A stretch of DNA of 64,000 nt from Nitrospinales bacterium (lineage in GTDB: Bacteria; Nitrospinota; Nitrospinia; Nitrospinales; VA-1), in NCBI GenBank assembly GCA_965223795.1, contig CBDCXL010000002.1, forward strand, positions 2,720,001 to 2,784,000, in the 5' to 3' direction. The position numbers and the translations under genes are program-made. Under the pieces are notes generated by a model, which saw only the letters and a program-made list of their open reading frames with translations, was not told the DNA's origin and made no database searches. This document shows positions 12,491-20,964 of this stretch, one piece after another; position 1 is the first letter of the stretch; the number at the start of each line of letters is the position of its first letter.

Positions 12491-13495
12491 TCAGGGCGAT
12501 TTGGCGCAGCGGAAGCCGAAGCTGTTGTTGCGCACTTCCGGGGTGAAAAAGCTGCGGTTGAAGGTCGGGGCGCTCAGCCCGCAGCCGTAGGAGAGGCAGT
12601 CGAACCAGGAGCCGCCTTTGAGCAGGCGCTTGTCTTTGCCGTATTCCGCCCGCGGCACGGTGTTGCCGGGATGCGGCAGGTAGAACGCGTCCACCCATTC
12701 CCACACGTTTCCGGACATGTCGTACAGGCCGTAGGGGCTCCTGCCTTCCGGGTAGGAGCCCACAGGCTCGGTGCCGGTGGAGTATTTATAAGGGTTGTTG
12801 GATTTGTCGAGCGACCACTCGTGTCCCCAGGGATAGGTGAGGCCTTCCTCGCCGCGCGACGCCTTTTCCCATTCCTTCTCGTCGGGCAGGCGCTTTCCCT
12901 TCCATTTGCAGTAGGCGTCCGCCTCGAACCAGTTCACGTACACCACCGGGTGGTTTTCCTTGCCCTTGGGGATTTCGCCGCCGGGCCAGTGGTACGGCGG
13001 CTTGATGTTCGTGGCGTCGACGAATTTCTTATAATCCGCGTTGGTCACTTCGTAGAGATCGATCCAGTAGGCCCCGGTTTCGGCGATGTGCTCAGGCGCT
13101 TCGTCGTCCCAGCGTTCGTTGGAGCCCATGATGAATTCGCCCGCTTCGATGAACACCATGTCCGGTTGTTTCGCGCCGGTTTTTGGTTTGGCGGGGGCTT
13201 TTTTTTCGGCGGGTGTGGCTGCGATCTGCACCGGCAGGACGGGTTGCTTCCGGTCCGCCGGAGCCGTGAACGGCGAGCGCGCCGCTGTTTCCTGAACGCC
13301 CACGTGGCATTGACGGCATTCCTCTCGGCCGCGTTTGTCCGCGTGCGACTTCATTATGTTTTCCGGCTGATGGCAGGTGGTCTGGCAGGTCTTTTTGGCG
13401 TTTTTCGGCACAAAGCCCTCGTAGGCCCAGGCCTGTACGGGAATCGTCAGCGCGACAAGCAGCGCCGGAATCCAGGATGAAAAAACACGTTTCAT
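12491..13495 (-). CDS. Exported SUMF1/FGE-sulfatase family protein with N-terminal c-type haem motifs
   Basis: Signal peptide MKRVFSSW...AWA; CQTTCH and CRQCH; FGE motifs MVFIEAGEFIMGS, EVTNADY, RLP.E.EWEKA.RG, GLYDMSGNVWEW, GGSW and GFRC. Confidence 0.88.
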   Translation of the reverse strand: MKRVFSSWIPALLVALTIPVQAWAYEGFVPKNAKKTCQTTCHQPENIMKSHADKRGREECRQCHVGVQETAARSPFTAPADRKQPVLPVQIAATPAEKKAPAKPKTGAKQPDMVFIEAGEFIMGSNERWDDEAPEHIAETGAYWIDLYEVTNADYKKFVDATNIKPPYHWPGGEIPKGKENHPVVYVNWFEADAYCKWKGKRLPDEKEWEKASRGEEGLTYPWGHEWSLDKSNNPYKYSTGTEPVGSYPEGRSPYGLYDMSGNVWEWVDAFYLPHPGNTVPRAEYGKDKRLLKGGSWFDCLSYGCGLSAPTFNRSFFTPEVRNNSFGFRCAKSP

Positions 13496-13625
13496 GTATT
13501 TGGGAGAAGTTGAATGATATTGCGGCGGAGGACCGGAGCCTGCCGGAATGTCACCGGGCTTCGCCTCATGCCGGTCTGGACGCCGGCACGGGCCCGCCCC
13601 AGAGGAAATGCACTCTTTTTGTTGT

Positions 13626-13634
13626 ATTATAGCA
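13626..13634 (-). promoter_or_regulatory. Extended -10 promoter element for the FGE-family gene
   Basis: TGcTATAAT on the minus strand, about 130 nt upstream of the start at 13495. Confidence 0.5.
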
Positions 13635-13676
13635 TCGGAACGCATTCTATAAAAAGCGGTTTGGCTGGAGGCGGCG

Positions 13677-14456
13677 GTGGCGACCTGGAGGCTGATCGAA
13701 GAGGGTCCTCTGGACGGGGCCTTGAACATGGAGCGGGACCGGGAATTGCTTCGCGCCTGCGAACAGGACGGCGCGCCCGTCACGCTCCGGCTGTACGGCT
13801 GGTCGCGCCCCACGGTCACCACCGGTTACGCGCAAACGCCGCGCGATGTGGACCTCGATGCCTGCCGGGCATTGGCGATCCCGGTGGTGGCGCGCCCCAC
13901 GGGCGGCCGCTCGTTGTTGCACCACAATGAGCTGACCTACAGCCTCACCGCTCCGATCCCGCATCCGCAATTTCCCTCCCGGCTGCTCGGCACCTTCCAG
14001 GCGGTCTCCGGGGCGATCCTGCATTCCCTGGCGCTGCTGGGTGTGCGCGCGGCGCGCGTGGCGCAGCCCGCAAGACGTGACGCCGCTTCGAAGCCGGGGC
14101 TGAAAAACGCGTCCTGCTTTTCCTCGCTCAATCATTATGAGATCGCCGTGAACGGAAAAAAACTGGTGGGCAGCGCCCAGCGGCGCACGCAGCGGGCATT
14201 TTTACAGCATGGATCGGTGTGGATCGACTGCGACCGCGAGCTCGTCAACCGGCTTCTGCGTTTCGACGACGAGGCGGAACGGCTGCGCCATCTGGATGTG
14301 CTGAACCGCTCGACCGTCACGCTGAACGAGATCCTTGCAGCGCGTGTGGCGTTCGCCGATGTGGCGCGTGCGTTCCGGCAGGGATTTCAGGAAACCTTCG
14401 ACGTCGACTGGCGCGTTGCCAATTTCGACTACCGCCCGGCAAAGGGATTGGTTTAA
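13677..14456 (+). CDS. Lipoate-protein ligase / octanoyltransferase (LipM/LplA-like)
   Basis: NMERD, LRLYGW, RPTGG...H..ELTYS, GKKLVGSAQ and LQHGS. Confidence 0.9.
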   Translation: MATWRLIEEGPLDGALNMERDRELLRACEQDGAPVTLRLYGWSRPTVTTGYAQTPRDVDLDACRALAIPVVARPTGGRSLLHHNELTYSLTAPIPHPQFPSRLLGTFQAVSGAILHSLALLGVRAARVAQPARRDAASKPGLKNASCFSSLNHYEIAVNGKKLVGSAQRRTQRAFLQHGSVWIDCDRELVNRLLRFDDEAERLRHLDVLNRSTVTLNEILAARVAFADVARAFRQGFQETFDVDWRVANFDYRPAKGLV

Positions 14457-14508
14457 AATGCCGTTTCGCGTAGTTGTGCGCGGCGCCGTTCAATCCACTC
14501 TGAAAGCC

Positions 14509-15792
14509 ATGACGCCTCCCCCAGACACAAAGACCCGCTGCGCCGCTGCGGTGCGGCTCGCGATCGCAGCCGCCGTAACGCTCACGCTCCTGGCCGGTGC
14601 GGGCTGCAACAAGAAGCGCCTGATCAAGAAAAACCCCAACCGGCAGCATTTCGTCGACATCTCCGCGAAATACCTGCCGGCGATTCCCGGCGACGTGCAG
14701 GAGATCCTGTTCTCCTGGGTGGACCGGGATGCGCTCAAGGACGTGATCGTGCACGTGCACGACAACAAGCGCGAATCGAAATTCATCCCGCTGCTCAACC
14801 GCGAAAAGGAAGGCTTCGCGTTCAACCGGGCCGGCAAATGGGCGTCGCCGGGCGGCGGCCGGGTGCGCTTTCTCGCCGTGGGGGATCTCAACGGCGACCG
14901 CGCGGAAGACATCGTCTTCATCCGCGAAGGGACCGGGCCGGGCGGCGCCGGTCTTCTTATGAACAACAAAAAAGGGTATTATTATAAAAAAATCGAACAG
15001 GTGCTGCCGCGCACGCACGCGGGCGTGGACCGGGTGACCGTGGCCGACATCGACCACGACCGCGATCTCGATCTTCTGTTCACCGGCCGGGAACTGCTGA
15101 ATGCGGAAGGCCGCCCGCACAAGCACCAGTTGCAGCTTTGGATCAACAACGGCCAGGGCGATTTTCAGGACCAGTCCGCGCTGCTGCTGCCGCGCGTGCC
15201 GCCGGGGGCTTCCGGCGCTTCCATCGCCGATTACGACGGCGACGGGGTGGTCGATCTGTTTCTGACCTACGCCACCGGGCAGAACCGGCTTCTGCTCAAC
15301 AACGGCGTCGGCAAGTTCGCCGATAAAACCCGCGCCGGGCTGCCGGTCCTCCGGGATGAAAGCCTGCACGCCGACTGGGCGGATTTCGACGGCGACAAGG
15401 ACAACGATCTGCTGGTGGTCAACCGCGCCATCGAGGCGGCGTTCCGCGATCACGGCAAGGAAACCAGTTATTTTCTGATCAACGACGGCACCGGCCGGTT
15501 CACCAAGCTGTCGCACAAAAAGCTGCCGGCGGAACCGGCGCGCCGGGTCTACCTGCTGGACGCCAACGGCAACGGCATTCCCGATGCGCTGATCCTCACC
15601 GCCAGCGGGACGCTGTACCTGCAGGGCCGGGGCAAGTGGAAGTTTTCCGACGAAACCGAGCGGCGGCTGCCGCGGCTGCGCCGGTTCACGGAGATGAGTT
15701 TCGGGGACGTCAACGACGACAGTTATCTGGACCTGGTGGCGCTGTATCCCGAAAAGAGCAGCGCCCGCCTGTGGCTCAACCGGTTCAAATAA
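14509..15792 (+). CDS. FG-GAP/VCBS repeat lipoprotein
   Basis: Lipobox-like AGAGC; repeated DxDGDxxxD Ca-blade motifs (GDLNGD, ADIDHD, ADYDGD, ADFDGD, GDVNDD). Confidence 0.85.
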   Translation: MTPPPDTKTRCAAAVRLAIAAAVTLTLLAGAGCNKKRLIKKNPNRQHFVDISAKYLPAIPGDVQEILFSWVDRDALKDVIVHVHDNKRESKFIPLLNREKEGFAFNRAGKWASPGGGRVRFLAVGDLNGDRAEDIVFIREGTGPGGAGLLMNNKKGYYYKKIEQVLPRTHAGVDRVTVADIDHDRDLDLLFTGRELLNAEGRPHKHQLQLWINNGQGDFQDQSALLLPRVPPGASGASIADYDGDGVVDLFLTYATGQNRLLLNNGVGKFADKTRAGLPVLRDESLHADWADFDGDKDNDLLVVNRAIEAAFRDHGKETSYFLINDGTGRFTKLSHKKLPAEPARRVYLLDANGNGIPDALILTASGTLYLQGRGKWKFSDETERRLPRLRRFTEMSFGDVNDDSYLDLVALYPEKSSARLWLNRFK

Positions 15793-15837
15793 CCAGCGCC
15801 ACTCCGCGTGGGGCGAATTTGCACAGGTATTTTGTCC

Positions 15838-15893
15838 GTCATGCTGAGCCTGTCGAAGCATGACTCATCACCCTTCGACAAGCTCAGGGTGAC
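15838..15893. repeat. Palindromic intergenic REP/MITE-like element
   Basis: GTCATGCTGAGCCTGTCGAAG ... CTTCGACAAGCTCAGGGTGAC form 21-bp inverted arms (18/21 match); a related sequence lies at 52008-52054. Confidence 0.8.
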
Positions 15894-16026
15894 ATTGAAA
15901 AACTTTGAATTGCCGTCCACCTGATTTGTGCAAGGTTTCTTAGTGCAAAGGGCCACGCTGTATTTTTAATCACTGGTATTGGTGAGTTGATTTTCAGTAT
16001 TTAATATTTTCAATCAGGATGTTTTC

Positions 16027-16935
16027 ATGTCTTATTTCAAGAAGCTGACCTTCATCAAGGTGATGACCACCGTCGCCTGGGCCGACGGCGAAATGACCCA
16101 CTCGGAACTCAATCTTTTGAAATCCTTCATCCGCAAGTTCGGCCTGGATGAGAAGGACATGGAGGAGCTGCAGCCCTACCTGGAAGCGCCGGTTTCCAAG
16201 GAGCAGCAGGAAGAGCTGTTCAATCAGCTGATCGCCGAGCTTTCCACGGCGGAGGAAAAACAGGAGGTGCTGACGGCGCTGCACACGATGGCGGGTGGAC
16301 AGGAACAGAAGTCCGAGGAAGAAAAGGCGCTGCTGGACCAGTTCACCACCTGGCTCAAGGAAAGTTCGTTCACGCAAAGGTCTTTCGGCAAGATCCGCAA
16401 TTTTTTCACCGGCACGCTGTTCGCCGGTGCGCGCAGGAAAGACCCGGAGCTGGAGCAGTATTTCAAACGCAAGGTGCTGCACAACATCGAGCTCAAAAGC
16501 GGCAGAAGCGGTCAGGACGTGGAGCTCCCGGAAGAGGAGCTGTATTCGATCTGCCTGTTCGGCACGCTGCTGGCTTCGGTGGCGGTGGTGGACGGGAAGT
16601 TTGAGGATTCGGAACGCGAGGCGCTCAAAGCTGTGCTGACAGACCGGTTCGGCTACCAGGAAGACAAACTGGCGATCCTGTACGAGGTGGTCGAGGAGCA
16701 GGCCAAAGGCGGTTTCGACTTTCATGAAGTGGTCACCGAACTGAACAATCAGATCAGCTACAACGACCGGGTGAAACTGATCGACTGCTTTTTCGCCATC
16801 GCCGCCGCGGACGGGGACATTTCGCAAAAAGAGTCCGATCAGATCCGCTTGATCACCAAGGCCATGTACATTCCGCACCAGCTGTTCAAGGAGGGCAAGG
16901 TCAAAGCCCTGGACGCGTTGAAAGGAAATTCCTGA
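16027..16935 (+). CDS. Tandem TerB-family protein
   Basis: Repeated TerB-type motifs VAWADGEM..SE, VAVVDGKF..SE and IAAADGDI...E. Confidence 0.82.
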   Translation: MSYFKKLTFIKVMTTVAWADGEMTHSELNLLKSFIRKFGLDEKDMEELQPYLEAPVSKEQQEELFNQLIAELSTAEEKQEVLTALHTMAGGQEQKSEEEKALLDQFTTWLKESSFTQRSFGKIRNFFTGTLFAGARRKDPELEQYFKRKVLHNIELKSGRSGQDVELPEEELYSICLFGTLLASVAVVDGKFEDSEREALKAVLTDRFGYQEDKLAILYEVVEEQAKGGFDFHEVVTELNNQISYNDRVKLIDCFFAIAAADGDISQKESDQIRLITKAMYIPHQLFKEGKVKALDALKGNS

Positions 16936-16944
16936 GAGCCGGTC

Positions 16945-17370
16945 ATGAGCGTCCACGTCCAAACCAGCCGCTTCACGCTTTCCACCAAAGGCTTCGGCGA
17001 CATCAAGGACATCACCGAAGAAGTCGCGCGGGGATTGCAGCAGGCGGGTCTCATAGACGGCATCGCCACGGTGTTCGTGCCCGGCTCCACGGCGGGCATC
17101 ACCACCATCGAGTACGAGTCGGGCGCGGTGGCGGATCTTAAAAAGGCGACGGAACGGCAGGCTCCCGCGGATCTGCATTACGATCACGACGCCCGCTGGG
17201 GCGACGGCAACGGATTTTCCCATGTGCGCGCGGCGCTCATGGGCGCGTCGGTGACGATCCCGTTTCAGTCCGGCAGGCTTGAACTCGGCACCTGGCAGCA
17301 GATCGTGCTGTGCGATTTCGACAACCGCCCGCGCACGCGGGAGATCGTGGTTCAGTGCATGGGGGAATGA
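16945..17370 (+). CDS. yjbQ: YjbQ / UPF0047 family protein
   Basis: GSTAGITTIEYE, NGFSHVRAAL and LGTWQQIVLCDFD. Confidence 0.9.
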   Translation: MSVHVQTSRFTLSTKGFGDIKDITEEVARGLQQAGLIDGIATVFVPGSTAGITTIEYESGAVADLKKATERQAPADLHYDHDARWGDGNGFSHVRAALMGASVTIPFQSGRLELGTWQQIVLCDFDNRPRTREIVVQCMGE

Positions 17371-17546
17371 TGGCGGAGAAGAAGAAATTCCTCGGCATCC
17401 TGTTCGAATGCTGCAACGTCTACCGGAGAGTCTACATCAACAAGGAAAAAAACGCCTACGAAGGCCGCTGCCCCAAATGCGGCGGCGAGGTGCGCGTGCT
17501 GATCGGCAGCGAGGGCACCGACGCACGCATATTCCGGGCGCGGTGA
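17367..17546 (+). CDS. Small Cys-rich putative zinc-binding protein
   Basis: ATGA overlap with the yjbQ stop; FECCNVY...GRCPKCG. Confidence 0.75.
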   Translation: MMAEKKKFLGILFECCNVYRRVYINKEKNAYEGRCPKCGGEVRVLIGSEGTDARIFRAR

Positions 17547-17590
17547 AGTGGAAAGTACGAGCCCGCTGACTGGTGGCGATAGAGGAAAAA

Positions 17591-18046
17591 ATGAGTTGGA
17601 GATATGTTGATGTCATTCGGGAAGTTGTCCAGCTGAAACAAAGCAGAGTCTATTTTGTGAACGTTGCCTGCAAGAATGCGCTGGAGAAAAAACTTTCGAA
17701 TTTAGGGTTTAAGATTTATGTGTTGGATGGTGAAAAGATCAATTCTGAAGAGAGTTTTTTTACTGAATTTTATCGATCTTTGAATTTTCCTTCTTATTGC
17801 GGAAAAAATTTTGACGGTCTTTTTGATTGTCTTGGAGATTTTGAAGCTGAAGGAGCAAAAGCTGTGGCTATATTGTGGAACAATGTTCATTCCTCAATCG
17901 AACAGAGTTTGTATACTTTCTCCCGATGTTTGCCTGTTCTTATGGAAATACCTGAAGATTATAGGAGATCTAAAGATCCTGATGGTATCCAGCAAATTGA
18001 AATATTTTTTCTGGGAGAGGGGGAAGAGTTCATCAAATTAGATTGA
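17591..18046 (+). CDS. Barstar-family protein (AT-rich)
   Basis: LDGEKI...FF..F..SLNFPSYCGKNFDGLFDCL matches the barstar signature F-P-x-Y-x-G-x-N-x-D-x-L-x-D-C-L; AGAGG RBS before ATG at 17591. Confidence 0.8.
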   Translation: MSWRYVDVIREVVQLKQSRVYFVNVACKNALEKKLSNLGFKIYVLDGEKINSEESFFTEFYRSLNFPSYCGKNFDGLFDCLGDFEAEGAKAVAILWNNVHSSIEQSLYTFSRCLPVLMEIPEDYRRSKDPDGIQQIEIFFLGEGEEFIKLD

Positions 18047-18170
18047 CCTTTTTCTTCATATTTTTCCTTTTGTGATAGACCTTTTGACAAGTCAATCCCA
18101 TGATCCGGCACTTTGATCTTATCGATCCCAGCATCAAATCCGAGGTTCGCTCCCGGCAGACCAATCTTTC

Positions 18171-18605
18171 ATGAAACTGGTGCTGCAACGGGTGCGCGAG
18201 GCTTCGGTCGCGGTGGACGGCGAAACCATCGCCGCCATCGGGCGCGGCCTGCTGGTGCTGATCGGCGCAGAAAAGGGCGACGCGATGAAGGACAGCGATT
18301 TTTTCGCGGAAAAAACCGCGCACCTGCGCATCTTTCCCGACGATGCGGGCAAGATGAACCGCTCGCTCAGGGACATCGGCGGCGAGGCGCTGGTGGTGTC
18401 CCAGTTCACGCTGGCGGGGGACTGCACCAAAGGACGCCGGCCGGGATTCGACCGCGCCGCCGGCCCCGAAGACGCCGAGACCCTGTACCTGCGCTACGTC
18501 GAGGCGCTGCGCGGTACGGGGCTGACCGTGGCGACGGGGAGGTTCCGGGCCGACATGCAGGTTTCCCTGGTCAACGACGGCCCGGTGACGTTTTTGCTCG
18601 GATGA
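18171..18605 (+). CDS. dtd: D-aminoacyl-tRNA deacylase
   Basis: [14 protein letters not shown] and NDGPVT. Confidence 0.96.
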   Translation: MKLVLQRVREASVAVDGETIAAIGRGLLVLIGAEKGDAMKDSDFFAEKTAHLRIFPDDAGKMNRSLRDIGGEALVVSQFTLAGDCTKGRRPGFDRAAGPEDAETLYLRYVEALRGTGLTVATGRFRADMQVSLVNDGPVTFLLG

Positions 18606-18628
18606 AAGCGCGGGACGCGCGGGGCCCG

Positions 18629-19024
18629 CTAAAAATTGAAATCCTTTCCGGCGGCCACCAGTTCGTTCACCGTTTCCAGCAGCTTCTCCTTGGCGACCGG
18701 TTTGACGAGGTAATGCTTGACGCCTTTGGCCAGCAGGTTTTTCGACATCTGCATGTCCGGGTATCCCGTGATCACGACGATGGGGATGCCCGGCGCTTCC
18801 CGCCTCAGAAAGTCGATGCATTCGATGCCGTTGACTTTGGGCATGCGGATGTCGCACAGAATGACTCCGACGTTGATCATGTTGTCGCCGCTTCGCAGGA
18901 TCTGGATGGCTTCTTCTCCATTCGCGGCTTCCAGGGTGTGAAATCCGCTGTCGCTCAACTGCAGCTTGAAAACCTCCCGCACTTCTTTCTCATCGTCCAC
19001 AATCAGAATCTTTCCAGAGATCAT
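18629..19024 (-). CDS. Single-domain response regulator (CheY-like)
   Basis: ILIVDD, CDIRMP..NG, ITG and KP. Confidence 0.93.
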   Translation of the reverse strand: MISGKILIVDDEKEVREVFKLQLSDSGFHTLEAANGEEAIQILRSGDNMINVGVILCDIRMPKVNGIECIDFLRREAPGIPIVVITGYPDMQMSKNLLAKGVKHYLVKPVAKEKLLETVNELVAAGKDFNF

Positions 19025-19213
19025 GGTGCCTCCCTCGGGCTTTAAGCCCGGCTTGGACGCCGCGGCCGAAAATGCAGGCCAGAGCGTTGATTTTAAAAGG
19101 CGATCGGAATTTAATGAGGCTGTCTTTTCCTAAAGATAGGTCCGGGAGGCGAAAACGGCAACCGCAAAGCGGCGATTTCGATGCGGGCTGGAAGAAACGG
19201 GTCTGATTCGTTA

Positions 19214-20740
19214 TTAAAACGGAATCGAATCGACGGCGAGCTGCATGAGGCCGGAGGGGTAAAAGCCGATGACGAGGATGGCGATGGAGCTGGCGGCGAT
19301 CAGGGTGCCCATGCCCTTGCTGATCTCGAAGGTCACGGGCTGCTCCTCTTCGTGGAAGTACATCATCACGATCACGCGCAGGTAAAAATACACCGAGATG
19401 ACGCTGGCGACGACGGCGAGCACGGTGATGAGGATGTAGCCGGCCTTGATGGCGGCGACGAACACGAACAGTTTGCCGAAAAAGCCCGCCGTGGGCGGAA
19501 TCCCGGCGAGCGAGACCATGAACAGGCTCATGGACGCCGCCAGCAGCGGGTGGCGCTTGGCGAGCCCCTTGAAGCGGTTGATGGAGTTGCCGTCTTTGCC
19601 TTCGCCTTCGAGCAGGAACACCACCGCGAACGCGCCGACATTCATGAACAGGTAAACGGCCATGTAGAAGATGATGCTGGCCATGCCGTCCTGGTTGTTG
19701 GCCACGATGCCGATCAGAAGGTAGCCCGCGTGCGCCACGCCGGAGTAGGCGAGCATGCGCTTGACGTTGTCCTGAAAGATCGCCGCGATGTTGCCGATCA
19801 GCATGGTCAGCACCGACGCGCCGAACAGAAACGGCATCCAGATCTCCTGCAGCCCGGTCAGGCTGATGTAGAAGATGCGGGCGATGAGCGCGAAGGCGGC
19901 GGCCTTGGTCGCCACCGACATGAAGCCGGTGATCGGCGTCGGCGCGCCCTGGTAGACGTCGGGCGTCCAGGAATGAAAGGGCACCAGCGACACCTTGAAC
20001 GCCAGGCCGGAGAACATCAGCCCCATGCCCATATAAACGAGAGTGTTCTGGCTGTACGGGTTTTCCTGGATGAGTTTGCCGATGAGCCGGATCTCGGTGG
20101 TGCCGGTTCCGGCGTACATCAGCGCCATGCCGTAAACCAGGATGGCCGAGGCGAACGCGCCGGTCAAAAGGTACTTGACGGTCGATTCCTGCGAGGACTG
20201 GCATTCCCAGGAGAGCTGGGGCGTGTCCGAGGGAACTTCCTTGCCGGTGCCGTGCTTGGCGGAAAAGCCGCACAGGATGTAGAGCGAGATGGAAAAGATC
20301 TCCAGCGACACGAACGCGGTGATCAGGTTGCCGGATTTGACGAGAAACATCATGCCGAACACGGTCATCAGGATGAGCGAGAAGTATTCGGCCTTGTTTT
20401 CGTGGTCGGCCTGCGGGTAACGCACCGATCCGAACAGGACGAACAGCGACATGATGAGAAAGATGATGTTGAAGGTCTGGGAGAAGCGGTCGTGGATGAC
20501 GGCGTTGCTGAACAGGTCCGGGTTGCCGCCGTTGCCGGCGGTGGGCGCGATGGTCCACAGGTAGCCGGAAAAGACCAGCGCGACGGCGACGCCGGTGAGC
20601 GCGGTCATGGACAGGTAGCCGTTGGAGTTGAAGGCTTTTTTCAACCCCATCATCAGGAGGAGCAAAGCCGTCAACAGGATCGTCAGCTCGGGCGCCAGGG
20701 CGATCCAGTCCTTCACTTCAAAATTGATTTGAAATTCCAT
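19214..20740 (-). CDS. nuoN: NADH-quinone oxidoreductase subunit N
   Basis: LAPE, FVSLE, KY, FKVSLVPFHSWTPDVYQGAPTP, KRMLAYS and SLAGIPPTAGFFGK. Confidence 0.95.
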   Translation of the reverse strand: MEFQINFEVKDWIALAPELTILLTALLLLMMGLKKAFNSNGYLSMTALTGVAVALVFSGYLWTIAPTAGNGGNPDLFSNAVIHDRFSQTFNIIFLIMSLFVLFGSVRYPQADHENKAEYFSLILMTVFGMMFLVKSGNLITAFVSLEIFSISLYILCGFSAKHGTGKEVPSDTPQLSWECQSSQESTVKYLLTGAFASAILVYGMALMYAGTGTTEIRLIGKLIQENPYSQNTLVYMGMGLMFSGLAFKVSLVPFHSWTPDVYQGAPTPITGFMSVATKAAAFALIARIFYISLTGLQEIWMPFLFGASVLTMLIGNIAAIFQDNVKRMLAYSGVAHAGYLLIGIVANNQDGMASIIFYMAVYLFMNVGAFAVVFLLEGEGKDGNSINRFKGLAKRHPLLAASMSLFMVSLAGIPPTAGFFGKLFVFVAAIKAGYILITVLAVVASVISVYFYLRVIVMMYFHEEEQPVTFEISKGMGTLIAASSIAILVIGFYPSGLMQLAVDSIPF

Positions 20741-20964
20741 TCTTAGTAAGCTGGAAATCAGTAAGAAAGGATATACGTCATCATATCGTCAGAGGTGTTT
20801 TGTAAATCATTTCCTCTTCGTTTTCAAGGGAATGTTTTCGCCTGCGCCGGGGAGGGCGGCCGCCCGATTCCGGTGAAATTGGCAGGACGGCGCATTCGCC
20901 GTCGCTTTCGATTTCAGGAAGACCATTCTGACCGCCCCGGTTCCGGTGGAGGAGGATATAAATA

